The notes under the pieces were generated by a model. It saw only the letters and a program-made list of their open reading frames with translations, was not told where the DNA came from and did not search any database. Shown one piece after another: positions 39,982 to 53,422 of a DNA stretch of 64,000 nt; within the stretch, counting starts at the first letter, position 1; every line of letters starts with the position of its first letter. Source of the stretch: Octopus sinensis (taxonomy: Eukaryota); contig NC_043000.1 of NCBI RefSeq assembly GCF_006345805.1, positions 68,634,001 to 68,698,000 of the forward strand, given 5' to 3'. Both the position numbers and the translations under genes were made by a program.

Positions 39982-42419
39982 ACACACACACACACACACA
40001 TATAAGCAAACGTGATTGTATTTGTATTTTTAATGAATATTATGAAATGCGGTTAAAGTCCAATGCTTCAAACTAGTTTGCTCCGAATAAAATCCCAAAA
40101 GCCAAAAATAGCATTCAGTTGATACTTTTTCTTATTTTAGCAAATTATTATTAGTGTGTAAACAAGGAGATCCGGTACAACATTTAGATTTATCTTATAG
40201 CTTTTATCCTAGACTTAGCCAACTCCTTTATCGTTAATGTCAAATCCAATTCACTTGGACGATGAAGAAGGGAAGTACAAGTTTGCACAAAATGTGTAGA
40301 CTTGTCACACTGTACTATACTTTTGAGTAGATCTCATCTTCAACTTACACGCAAGAAAATCTAACGTAGGCGTTTATATTACAATAATTTCTCCTTCGTT
40401 ATCGCTTCTCACAACTGTTCTGTAGGATGTGTATGTGAATGATAGATAAAGAGACATAGAAAGTAAAACTGAAAGAGAGATGGATCGAGAGGTTGACCAA
40501 AACAAAGAGAGTTTAATTACAGGTTTATAGCAATCGATACGATAGTTTCAAACTAGAAATAGTCACACTTCGGATCTACCTCATCACATTTCGTGTTATA
40601 TAATTTGGTGACTTCTATCTTGAGCTGCCGTGCGTACTACGAGACTGTTATAAAGATGTTGTTCCAAAGTAGTGGGTCCTGACAGTTATTTACTTCTCCT
40701 TATTTCATGACCCCTAGAAAGATCAAAGCCAAATATGGCACATATTTTTTTTACTCAGAACATAAAACTATATAAAGAAATATGTTATTTGTCTATCGTT
40801 CTGTTGATTCCGACATCAGCTGCTCTAGAACTAGGAATGACTTTCTAGTATAGGCACAAGGCCTGAAATTTTGAGGAGAGAAAATAGTCTATTATATCGA
40901 CTCATATACTTAACTCGTACTTTATTTTATCGACCGCAAAAGATAAAAGTTGTCCCCTGCAGAGTTTGAGCTCGTTGTGTAGCATTTTTCTCCAGCACTC
41001 CAGCGATTCAAAATAATTTAATTTCTCTTTCTTTTAATTACAGACAGTCATTAACAAGGTATACTCTTTTGTTGCTAATCTAATAAAACATGAATGTTTT
41101 ATTAACATGAATAGAACAAGAACCAGGAAGAACAAATTTCTGAATATGCTTTCTTTTTCACGCTTCTATTGTCAAATAAATTGAGTTACTTTTGCTCCAC
41201 CACGATGAAGCTGGATTCCTTCTGAATATTGATAAATATTGTTGTTTTTTCTGTCACGTATCTCATTCATCAACTAACGTCTCTTAAAGCACTGGTTAAA
41301 TAAGATGTCTTGTATCCGATTTGCCTGTGAAACTACTACATTAGAACTTCATTAACTGCCAATATTTTTCATACCACTAATTTTACTATCTTTCAAACTA
41401 CATTAACAAGGACACAATTAAACAGAGGAGCAAAAACAATTAACAGAATTACAGGAGAGGCAGAAGCAAGTGAGATACGAGATAAATAAAATAGAAAGAT
41501 CAAATGTGTGTGTTCGACGCTAAACAGAGATAACCATAACAGCAAAAGGAAGTTGGAACAAATATTTAACATAACTAGCCAAGCCAAACCACTCACAGAA
41601 ATTAAGCGTACCCTGTTCCCTCCTTCTGACCTTTGAACTGGTCTTTGCGTTTACTAGGTACAAATGACCTTTTAGTACAACTGGCATTCCAACTTCCCTC
41701 TTAGTTACCAGACGAATTTTCATACATGGTAATTGGTTATTTGTCATCGCTTGCTAGCTACATTCTCTGGCTTGAATCCAGCTACTAGCAAGCAGTTATG
41801 TTTTAACAATAATGTTGATGTTATTAATGTTTTTACTACTCTTAGTATTGTTTCTGTTATTGGTCATTTTTTAAAAACTAGATACTATTCATTATCGATT
41901 TCTATATTTTCTCTTTCTCCAAGTTTAGGTGTGGGAAGGATGAGAAGGTGTATAATGGTGGCAGACATAGAATCTATGGTTGCATTTGTGAAATGCAATA
42001 GATTTGGTGATACCATTGAAGAGCATTAAAAAGAGCTAACTTTTGCTGATTCACTTCTTGTCGTTCCTGATGGTAGTCTTGGTGCTCTGATGACGGTGTT
42101 ACTAGAACTGGTTGTTATCATGGTTATTGCTCATGACAATGGTGTTGTTACTAATACAGATTTGGTATGGTTAGTAGTACAACATTGGAGTAATATTGGA
42201 GAAGTTAGTGGCATAGCCTTGTGGCGTGACAGTTAGGAGTAAAGAATTAGTATGTTATTAGTACAATCTTGGAGTCAGTAGTGGCACAGGTATTGATATA
42301 GTTTGTTGTATGAATTTGGCATTGTTAGTGGTACAGTATTGAGGTAATTGGTAATGCAATATTGTGGTAGTTAGTAGCACAGATGTTCCGCAGTTAGTAG
42401 TATGGTATTGGATAATTAT

Positions 42420-42637
42420 TGATTTCAAATTTTAGCACGAGGTCAGCAATTTCGGGTGGGGTGTAGTTCAGTTGATTACGTCGACTCTAGTACTCAGCTG
42501 GCGTTTATTTCATCGATCCCGAAAGAAAACAAAAAAAAAGGTGATCTCGAAGGAATTTGAACTCAGAACGTATAAACGGACGAAATGCTACTAAGCATTT
42601 TGCCCGGTGTACTAATAATTCTGCCAGCTCGCCGCGT
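42420..42637 (-). mobile_element. SINE family A copy
   Basis: Reverse complement of consensus. Confidence 0.87.
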
Positions 42638-43147
42638 TAGTATTCGATAATCATTGTGGTATTAAAGAGTTGGTTATGTACAGGTGCTGAGGTAGTTTTA
42701 GAAGAATGGTATTTGATGCTAGTAGAACAGTATCAGTATCATCTACACTCCTTCTTTACAAACTGATATTCGCTTTCTTAATATAAGAAATCGATATGCA
42801 TTGTAATGACTGAGAGAGCGGACGCCAGGAGCGAGATGAGGCATAACGTTTTTCAGGGCATCAAGTCTTTCACTAAATACTCATTCACTTGCACCTGCAA
42901 ATCCCTTGAAAAAGATACGAATATCACCCCTTTTACACTTCCCTCTTCTACAGATCTGTGAATTCAAGCTTAAATACGAAATCAGTATTGAGAGGTACTG
43001 TGTTGTTGTTGCTGAGCCCCCAGGTCAGTCGTTGTCCATTAAACTTATGATAAAGACACTTAAGACATAAACAACCCACCTTTTTGTATATACAAACAAC
43101 TGCTGTTGTAACTACACCAATATTTGTATTATTACCTACCCCAACAA

Positions 43148-43350
43148 AAGTGACAAGCTGGCAGAATCATTATCGCGTCAGACAAAATGTTTAGCAGCAT
43201 TTGTTCCGGCTTTTTATGCTCTGAGTTCAAAATTCCTCTGAAGTGAACTTTGCTTTTCATCCCATCGGGGTCGATAAAATAAGTACCAGTTGAGCACTGG
43301 GGTCCATGTAATCGACTTCTCCCCTCAAAATTATCGGCCTTGCGCCAAAT
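43148..43350 (+). mobile_element. SINE family A copy
   Basis: tttcatcccatcggggtcgataaaataagtaccagttgagcactgggg core. Confidence 0.85.
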
Positions 43351-45639
43351 TTAGAATGAAAATAAAAATCATTATTATTACTCACCCAACACTATTGAAT
43401 GAATTAGCTGATACTTTTTGCAGATCGAGCAATAGAATAGAATCTAGTATTACACAACGATAAACAGCAGCAAAATCAAGTCTGGTGAGATCGGAACTAA
43501 TATGTAAAGGGCCAAATCTAAATACTACTGGATATTTAGTCTCGACTTCTGCATTTTCTCCAAATCTACTGCACTAAAGTAGTCATTTCATATACATAAT
43601 GAAAAATTTACATTTCTAGGCGAGAACAGATATAATATTGTGTTCAAGCCTACTCTACAAATGAGTGGACATAAGCGAAAGAGACCAAACGTAAAATTTT
43701 GGTTTCAAATTTTGCTAGCTTTATGAACAACGGAAGAAGGCTCTTCGCGATCGTTCAGTCTTCTAAAGACGTCAGCCAAATTACCTGCAATTACCACACT
43801 ATCGACATTTGAAAAGGAAGGGGTCTGTGAATATGATTCAAGGCATACTGTTTGAATAAAGAAAAGTGGGTATGATCACAGCGAGATCTTTTTGTTCGTA
43901 GGTCTGCTGGATCAAGGCTAGCGAATAACAACCTGGTAACTTTAAACCGCAACCATAGCAAAGATCCACGGCAAATATGTAGGGCTGGCTGGAATTACCC
44001 AGCTATTACGACTGCAGCAACAAATTCAGCCATAACAATGCTTGCATTGAAGCAATGTCATTTCTTCTATTTGACACGCAAATTCAAACAAATACACCGA
44101 TTGACAAGGACTGCATATTTCAAAAGCTAGAAAAATGTACATGCTCATATACACATAGTTTTGAATCATCCAACAACAAACATGTTTACGCATGCTTACT
44201 CATACAAGCATATTCACCCGTACACATACGCAGTCAGAAATGTCGAGAAACACACACATACATAGCTATTTCATTCAGTCCACTACTTATGAGCATATAC
44301 ATTCAAACTAATACATGCACAGAAACCTGCACAAATAGCACATTTTCTCTCAGTTTCATTTGTATTCCCATACAGCGTACTTACATATATACAGGCACAA
44401 GCATTTTAAAAAAAGCTCCCTCAAGCTAAAGAGCATACATTCTCTCATTTACCCATCCACATAGTAACCACAACTAAACATACCTCTTATCTACAAACAC
44501 TCATCCAGCAAACAGGGAGAAAATAAACAGCACACTCACAGACACACATTTTCTGTTACATCTCTCTCCCCTCTCACAAAGACCACAACATTCCAGCAGT
44601 GGTGCTAACTGTTATTACCTACCCACACGCAAGCGACGACCTCACCAAAGGAAAATGGTGGATAGAAAGGAATACGCAATAGAATGAAAGACATTTCGAT
44701 TCATCTTCGTTAGATTTGACAATTGACCTTTTCTCAATGAAAGACTTGCTGTTAAGGTCAAGGTCAGTTATTTGAAGAATGCTTTAATATCGGTATTTTT
44801 GTTTTTATTCATTTTTTTTTTCACTAGACTGTTCATTATGCATCAATGTCTGGCCATTATAATCATATCGTTGCTTGTTCGTCTTGCTGCTGCCGTTTTT
44901 TTTCTATTTCTTTCTTTAATACCTGAATGAGAAATATCCTGTAATTGAGTCTTTCCGAATTCCAGTCACCTTTCGTATTATATTGGTGTTGAATAGCAGC
45001 AATACCAAGCATTACTGCTTGCATTTATTTCGCAGAGACTTTCAACGTCCACCACTACACCATGTGTTGGTATTTGCGTGTGTGCAGCTGTAAGTATGCA
45101 TGTCAGTCGTCTCTCCGGGTATATCATCACTATACGGTACGCTGAGATTGTTAGTCGAGTTGGCTCAATTTTTAATGACAAATTTGAAGTCCAAATTCCC
45201 ACCTAAGCTTTTTTTTTTTAAAAAAAGATAGAACGAATTCTTATATTTATCTCTTACGCTCAAAACTAATTTTGCAGGTAGAAATTTATAAATCTAATCG
45301 ATTGAAAATTATCACTTATAATATCCTAATTAAAGCAGGAAAGGTGCACTGACGTTATTTGAACATAGGACTACAAAGCACCTAACTAGGTGTCTCCTAG
45401 TTGTTCTACAGTTTATATCAATCCATTCACCCCAGAGATGAATGAAATAATTATTACACTGTAAACTATAATATACTAAATTCATTGGTTCATAGCTTGA
45501 TACGTTCAGTTGTGTGCGTGTCTGGAGGAGCAGGGCTCACTCATTAGATGAGTATTTAGTTGTCCGTGAGGCTGACGCGTCTGGTCCTTCGCAGTTTTGC
45601 TTCTGTACTTTTGAATTCGTTGCTGCAATTGTTGTTGCG

Positions 45640-46720
45640 ACCATTCATTAATTCCACTATCGCAGTTGTTCCGCCCGGCAAAGACTGAATTGTAGCTTTG
45701 CTGCCACGTTGTACCTCTTTCACTTGGACTCATTGAATGGTTTTCGTTCCTTCGTATTTTAAAGCACGCACTTTAGCTCTGTTAAAGGGGCTTGTGCTTT
45801 GCGTTGAAGAAATGGTCGGAGTGGATCAGTCGCGCCTCAAGTAGGTTGGTCACAATGCTTTTGTACCCCGCTAAACAACTAGACCTCCTTCTAAATTAGT
45901 TTTCTTTCTTTCGTTAGTCCCTTATGTTGACTCCGTTCTAATTGTTATTTTCATGGCAAATCATTTGTTGCTGACGAGTACCCTTACATTCTTGAGCTTT
46001 GCGCATCGGGAAAAATGCATTCAGTTTTTAGGAACTAGATCCCTACAAATGAAGGTCGACCATACATACAGATCACGATTTGTCGTCTTTACATCCAATG
46101 ATTCTAAATTTTGGACAACCTATGTTATCCTTATCCATTGGCCTACAGAATACTCTAGATACTATCTGGAGGATCCGATGCTGTATGGTCATGTCCACAT
46201 TAGCACATTCGAAAAATGTTGGTAACTGTCAGACAAGTGGAAATGTCTGTGAATATTTTAAAGGCTTTTGCACCTCTTTTCGTATCAGTTAACCCTAAAT
46301 AGTCAGATGGTGCATCCAAGACACCCTTGCAATCTCCCATTAACACTAAAAGGTGGGACATTCACAAGAAAGAATCTACACGCCTAAAGAAATCTGGCGG
46401 TCCCACTCATGTCGGGTATAGACAGCTACTAATCTGAAGGTGTAACTTGACTGCTGGTCACCTTCAGCACCACCGACTTAGCTTCTGGGTTCACGAGAGT
46501 TACAAACTTTTCCGAAACAACACAGCGATTCCACCCTATTCTCACGTCGATATTAGTTTACTTGGAGATACGTACAACTCGCATCTGTCGAATACGGATG
46601 TGAAGGCATGCGCCTTAGAAATCATGGTCTTGCCAATAGTCACCATATTTATATCTGGTCAGGTGGTCTTGCTTTCAAGTTGACCCCAAACCAGATTCAT
46701 TCAGGCTATCTATTCTAAGT
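45640..46720 (-). mobile_element. Tx1/L1-clade LINE ORF2 N-terminus (APE endonuclease and linker), decayed
   Basis: LNESGLGST*KQDHL..INMVTIGKT..ELYVSP..GGIAVLFRKK..EAKSVVLKV..FRLVAVY..DFFRRVDSFL..LVLMGDCKGVLD..WT..GSSR*YL..KLN..RAKVRALKYEGTK..ATIQSL. Confidence 0.8.
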
Positions 46721-47539
46721 AAGGCCAGTTTGAGTCAAAGATTAATCACTTACCCCTATGAAAGGTTCTTCCGGTTAGTTCTGTCAGTAAATTTGTGTAA
46801 ATCATTTTGTTTATGATCCCTCGCAAATCCTCCATTCTATTTGAATATTTTATTTTAGTTTGTTGCTTCATTTGTAGATTTTAAGAATTGCTGGTGTGTT
46901 AAAGTACGTTATTTGTTGGTGTGATGAAGTTATTGTGTTCAATGCTTGTATGCTGATGTCCGTAATTCATTAATTTTTGTTGATTGTATCTATCATTGTG
47001 TAGTGGATGATTTATTTTTCCGTAGTTCGTGTTGAAGATGGTGTTCGAATCGTTTGTGCAGATGAGCGTTTTGAATGTTGAGGTATTCTGTTACTGTTAT
47101 CGTCGCTGTTGTCAGTGATGTGGCAGACTTTAAGAGCGGTACTCTGTTGTTGCTTCTACTGTTGCTGTTGTTGTTGTAGGAGCTTCCATTCTTTCAGTTG
47201 TTGTTACTGATGTTGCACGCTAATTTGGGTGTTATTTTGACGTTGTAATTGTTGCTATTTTTGGCGTTGTTGACGCTGTGGGGTTGGCAGTGTTCTTTCA
47301 GTTATCTCTGTCTCTTGTTGTTGGGAAAGACGGCCTTAAGATGACCAGTGTTGCCACAATTGTGGCATCTAGATTCTACACCCGTCTACAATGTGCAATT
47401 TTCCTCCTGGATCCTCTATTAGCACGAGAATCCTGTCCAGTGTCTCAGGTTTCAGCTGCATCAGAATCTCCAACTCAATTTTCCTTTTTGAATCTTTTAG
47501 TAGTAGTAGCGTGCTAGGAACCTCCAACACATCACATTT

Positions 47540-47676
<137 letters not shown>

Positions 47677-48096
47677 ATCTTTAATCTGCATGTTTGTTAT
47701 AGTCACCTGCCGAGACACGCCCAGCGTCCTGGGGCGTTTGAAGGATAAGAGATGTTACAGTATAACTGAAGGTTGGGGAGGAGTAGTAGCGAAATATCTT
47801 CATGTAATACACAGACATTTAAATGGATATTGCTTTTCTAAGGATGTGGGCAGTACCTGTCTGTACAATGTTTTAGATTTCTCTGAGACATGGTTCTCCA
47901 GGGATCTTATCTAGATGTTTCTGAAATCCTTTTTTTATCATACCTAGGGCACCTACAATAACAGGAACAGTTCTTGTTTTAAGATCCCACATCTTTTGTA
48001 TTTCGATTTCCAGGTCCTTATATTTACTTAACTTATCAAATTCCTTTACAGATATACTTTTATCAGTAGGAACACTTACATCTATTAGTCTTAAAG
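47677..48096 (-). mobile_element. R4/Dong-like RLE LINE, extreme 3' end with UTR
   Basis: LIDVSVPTDKSISVKEFDKLSKYKDLEIEIQKMWDLKTRTVPVIVGALGMIKKG..LDKIPGEPCLREI*NIVQTGTAHILRKAISI*, then UTR and (TAG)n. Confidence 0.9.
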
Positions 48097-48135
48097 TTCC
48101 GAAACAACACAGCGATTCCACCCTATTCTCACGTC
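48097..48135. repeat. 39-bp exact copy of 46511-46549
   Basis: ttccgaaacaacacagcgattccaccctattctcacgtc at both loci. Confidence 0.97.
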
Positions 48136-48136
48136 T

Positions 48137-49075
48137 TATAATGTTTTGCCATCACCTAAGAATCTAGTAAGATGGAACGTCTTAGAGAATGACATCTGCA
48201 AATGTGGAAATGTCGGTACACTAAAACATATTCTTTCCAACTGTTCATTAGCATTGAACAGGTATACATGGAGGCACAACTTGGTCCTTAAGGTTATCTT
48301 CAATGCTATAAAGAACCAAATTCATCTCAACCACACTGAGGAAAAACCGTTGAAAGTACCATCAAGAGATTTCATTACCTTCGTGCGACCAGGTCAGCGG
48401 ATCCGTTTTAAGAAGAAGATCAAGAAACTTCCTGAGAAAAATGAAAAGTGGAACGGCTATTGGGAGGTAACTGCAGATTTACCTGGGTGCCAGGTTTTCT
48501 TTCCCATCCCAGTTACGAAAAAACCAGATATTTTGATGTGGTGTGAAAGAAAGAAAGTTGTAAATATAGTCGAGCTAACGGTTCCTCATGATGATAATAC
48601 GGACGCCGCATGGGCTCGAGAATTTAACCGTTATGAAAACCTCCTCGAGGAATGTGAAGACGCAGGCTGAAAAGCGGAACATTTTCCTATCGAAGTCGGA
48701 TGTAGAGGGTTTGTTGGACACAGCGTGAGACGACTGTTGTTATCGCTAGGCCTAACTCATCGTGAAGTCAATACCACCATGACTGATATCCAATCTACAG
48801 TGGAGAAGGCTAGCCACTGGATTTGGTTAAAAAGAGACGATGAGCGATGGCTAGAAGTATATTGAGTTCTTCATAACCAGCTGATCTAGCAAGCGGGGCC
48901 TCATATCATGAGGGGGGCCGGTGCGCATTGATGCCGCGCGAGAGGTAGGCCCCGAAACGGCGCGCATTCTTCTGATGACCCCGTACACTTGCTAGCTTCC
49001 GGTATACGGAGCTTTTAACTGGTAGCGCTTGCATGTGCAAGTTGTTTGCAAGACACCTGTCTTTAATAATTATGT
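48137..49075 (+). mobile_element. HERO-like RLE LINE, 5'-truncated (zinc knuckle, RLE, structured 3' UTR)
   Basis: YNVLPSPKNLVRW..CKCGNVGTLKHILSNC..RYTWRHNLVL..KKPDILMW..VELTVP..RYENLLEECEDAG*(W)..PIEVGCRGF..EKASHWIWLKR..W; one internal stop; ends TGA 48863-65. Confidence 0.88.
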
Positions 49076-49326
49076 CTGATCGAGTTGCCTGGGTCGTTCT
49101 GTCAGTGTTGACTGAAAAATCTCAGAGGACAGTGACATTTTTATCTTGAACGACTGGCTCAGGATGATGTTCATACCAGTAAGCAAGAGTGCTGATTTTG
49201 AAGTATTTGTCTATTTTCCAATATGAATATTGTCCTATCCTATCGTGGCGATTTTTGTATTCGTTTGATGTCAGCACAGGACATCCCGAGACTAGATGAT
49301 CTATTGTTTCATCAAATGTGTCGCAG

Positions 49327-49598
49327 TCTTCTTCTTCTTCTTCTTCTTCTTCTTCTTCTCTTCTTCTTCTTTCTTCTTCTTCTTCCTTCTTCTCTTCTTC
49401 TTCTTCTTCTTCTTCTTCTTCTTCTTCTTCTCTTCTTCTTCTTCTCTTCTTCTCTTCTTCTTCTTCTCTTCTTCTCTTCTTCTTCTTCTTTCTTCTTCTT
49501 CTTCTTCTTTCTTCTTCTTCTTTCTCTTCTTCTTCTTCTCTTCTTCTTCTTCTCGTTTTCTTCTTCTTCTTCTTCTTCTTCTTCTTCTTCTTCTTCTT
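49327..49598. repeat. (CTT)n microsatellite with interruptions
   Basis: Direct reading. Confidence 0.95.
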
Positions 49599-51826
49599 GA
49601 TGATGTTGTTGTTGTTGTTATTATTATTGTTATTAGGGTAAAATGTCGAGATGCTATGTAAAAAGAAGAAACAGTGAATAAGATATACAGAGTATTCAAT
49701 GTAGTGTTTTCTCTAAAATACACACTGCCAAAAGAACAGATTTAGCATTTTGGAAATAAATTGTAAAATGACTGTAGAGAGATTATTGATTATGTATACC
49801 AATGAAAGAAAAGCATTGACAAAAAGACATCAAAGAACAACGATGGTACCAATATAGTTAAGTGCAGCCGCAGTAACTTGATAAGACTTTCAAACATTTT
49901 TCTGGAGAAGCTGTCATCACCATGATAATAACATCCTCTTCCCCTTCCAGAGTAAGTTACCTACACATTACGTATAACAAACATTTTAAACTGGGAATTT
50001 TTAATTGGATAGAACTTTGTATACAAACGTATTATAGCAGCTGAATAACTGTGACCAAGTGATGCATTACAATTAACAACGACTGTCAAAATAACATAAC
50101 TACATCTACATATGATCTATGGATACTTGCAAACTAGTATCTTGATAATAAGATCTTGAAACTTGATCACTACATCACTCAATTTATTTGTCATACACTT
50201 GTGCCTGTCATTACGGCATATGTGAAGTTACTTAAATGAGATGTTATCACTATCTTAAGAACTCTTAAAAAGCTGATTAACGTCCGACCGACCTTGTTGT
50301 TTCGAATCGAGTTCAGTTAAGATATCTACAATGTCATCAACAAAAAGAAAACAATAATGATTTCTAACTTTAACACAATGTTACAAATGTTATGAAAGGT
50401 TACAATCGATTTAAACAACATGAGTACTTCTGTTTTTAATGATAATTAGAAAAAGAAAGACACTGCCTGTGATATTTTTCAGGGCCTCTTAGACTGCTGC
50501 ATGGAAGTTATACTTAGACAGCAGACCCGTCCCAAATCCTTGCAACAGAAAGAACTTCACTAAAGTTATCCGAAAGACAGACAGTTGTGGTGTTAAACCG
50601 GGTGATGCATTAAGTTTACTATTCAAAGAACAAGAACTTTCCTCCAACGGACTTTCACACAGCTTTCCTCTACTAAATTTCTCTCATAAAGCCTTTCTCA
50701 TAAAGTGACTCGGGTCGACACAAGGCTAAGATCAACCCGAGTCGCTTACTTTAATATATGATCGAATCCGAAACCGAAACGACAGAATAGTTACGAAGAA
50801 AATAATTATGCTACTCTGTTAGATAAATTAAAGTGAATGGGGGTATTTACCGCATTTCTTGAAAGAAAGATGAAAATCATATAGTGCTATAACTTAGCCA
50901 TACGACGATTTATCTTCTATAATTTGGTTACATATCTAGTTAACATCTGTTGCTGTAGTGTAGTTTATAAGTGTTGTTTGCAAAATGGGGCTACAAAATA
51001 GGAACTCAATAATTGAAAGATGTAATAAAATATTTCAGTCTAACAAAAAATAAGATTGTTTTATTGTTATGTTTCTCTCCAGACATAAATATGTCTCTAG
51101 TGCTTGGTAAATTCGGCTTATGTCCATAACATTGAAAATGTATTTTGTTTAGTCTAGATGTGCGAGAATATTGGCTGATAGCCCACCAATGCTAAACCGT
51201 TCCGACAGGTAAAACAAACGAACGAGGGCGAGAGAAAATGAGTATCTCTCTGAATCTAACAATTATAGCAAGATGGTCTCTTGTGTAAAGAGTAGATTAT
51301 ATCGATATAACAGCTGTAAGAGGAAGAATTAGCGAAGCTTAATGACAGAAGATGATTATAAGATATATATTAGGAGAAAATAAGTATAAGAATAAGGAGA
51401 TGATATATGGTAAGGGGCAGATCTGTGTAAGAAGAGTGAAAAAATGTGGGACTTCATAAAAATAGGTGAAGAAATAAGTTCATCATGAGAAATTGAGGCG
51501 TAGAAGATAAATTTTAAAACATTAAATATAAAAAGATATCAAAGAGAATGGAGAAAGAATTTATAAAGAACGGATTAACAAGTGAATATCAAGAAACAAC
51601 ATGTGGAGCAGAGACCTTGTTCCCAAAATTTACCTGTTATATTAGAGTTTTGCAAATTTTATATAAACTTCAAATTGGAACTAAATTTCATTGTTTATAT
51701 GGCTGAGAATATAGAGCTCAGGGTTAATAGAGTTGTGGACAACAATCCGAGAGCTTAGAAGTTCATAATCTTTCACTAATAATGTTGTGCCCATAGCCGT
51801 ATATATATAAATATATATATACCTCC

Positions 51827-51828
<2 letters not shown>

Positions 51829-51903
<75 letters not shown>
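51829..51903. repeat. (TATC)n microsatellite
   Basis: Direct reading. Confidence 0.95.
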
Positions 51904-51905
<2 letters not shown>

Positions 51906-52108
51906 CCTAGAGGTAAGACAAATTTTTTTCATGTTTGTTGCACACACGCGGTTTTGCTAGTATATACGCAGTGAAGCTATACAATAGCGTCGTATTTATT
52001 ACGATTGCTATTTTCCAGTAAATATTGGTGCCTTGTTGTACCATTTATCTACTTTTATATGTATAATTATATATATATATACACATATATATGCATATAT
52101 ATTCGAAT

Positions 52109-52143
<35 letters not shown>

Positions 52144-52371
52144 TTCACCTCACAGCTCGACGATAGGTGTTCGTTTACGTACCTCGTAATTTAGTGGGCC
52201 GGTAGAAAGTGATCGATAGAATAAGTACCAGACTTTAAAAAAAAGTATGGGGTTGATTTGATCAACTACATACTTGAAGGCGGTGTCCTAGCACGGCTGC
52301 AGTATAATGACTGAAATAAATAAAATCTTAATTATACACACACACACACACACACACACACAGTGGGGGAC

Positions 52372-52481
<110 letters not shown>

Positions 52482-52974
52482 GGAGGTAGATTCACAAATG
52501 AAAACCATTAAAGTAGTAGGTATCTATGTTATGATTGACTAATCATTGTTAGAAAGTGTCTTTCAGACTCAGCTCTGTGCAATATTTAACCTCTACGTCT
52601 CACATATGGACGAAAGAGATTCCAAAATAACGAATCGTTGAAAAAATTTTAATTACTAGAGCATACGAGAGGTAGGAATACTCCCAGACCTCTGCGTTGT
52701 GATAGAAAATGACAATATTGCCATAACGATGAGGAAGATATCACACACAATCAGCAACAATCTTCCTACTATATCCGCATAAGTCATGACATTATTGTCA
52801 AAACCATATCCACTCGTGTTCCATTTGTTTTTTTGTTTTCTTCCAAGAAAAAAGGAAAGTAACTGCCAAACATTCTCCAAGACGAAATTTGAACCCAGAA
52901 CGTAAAGACGGACGAAATGCCGCTAAGCATTTTTACTGGCACCCCTATATTTAATATTAATATAGAAACATACA

Positions 52975-53192
52975 TAAGACTGTGAGCTGACGGGATCGTT
53001 AGCATACCGGGAAAAATGCTTAGCAGCATTTCGCTCGTCCTTACGTTCTGGGTTCAAATGCCGCCGCAGTTGATTTTTGCCTTTCATCTCTTTCGGACTC
53101 GGTAAAATAAGTAACAATTGAGCACTGGGGTTGATTTAATTGACTCAGCCCCTCCCTCGAAATTGCTGGCCTTGTGCCAAAATTGAATCCAA
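52975..53192 (+). mobile_element. SINE family A copy; a partial inverted copy lies at 52860-52935
   Basis: Match to family A consensus. Confidence 0.85.
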
Positions 53193-53229
53193 TATGAAAA
53201 TTACACACACACGCGCGCGCGCGCATTTT

Positions 53230-53422
53230 CGCCATAATAGATTGCTAGCCACTAAACCTTTTTCTATTTTCTCTCCCTATTTATTTCTGTGTTCCTTTCT
53301 GTCGAAGAGCATAGGCTCGAAACGTAAAAGACTTTCTCATTTCCCGAACGGTAAACTAATACATCTGTTTGTTGTTTACACATCCGTCTTCGTCTCTTGT
53401 TTTTTTTTTTTTAAATTCTCAC
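53230..53422 (+). mobile_element. PLE-type terminal repeat, family P2
   Basis: Carries a hammerhead motif; ends ..aaattctcac followed by (TA)n. Confidence 0.65.
53295..53330 (+). ncRNA. Minimal hammerhead motif with an A6>U deviation
   Basis: cttt-CTGTCGA-a-gagc(atag)gctc-GAA-ACGT-A-aaag; stem I covaries with P1 (cttt/aaag vs gttt/aaac). Confidence 0.62.

Noticed and set aside
49223-49723. Poly-Leu/Phe/Ser/Lys ORFs, and all similar YI, HT, CV and MYVC ORFs elsewhere
   Set aside because: Translations of microsatellites.
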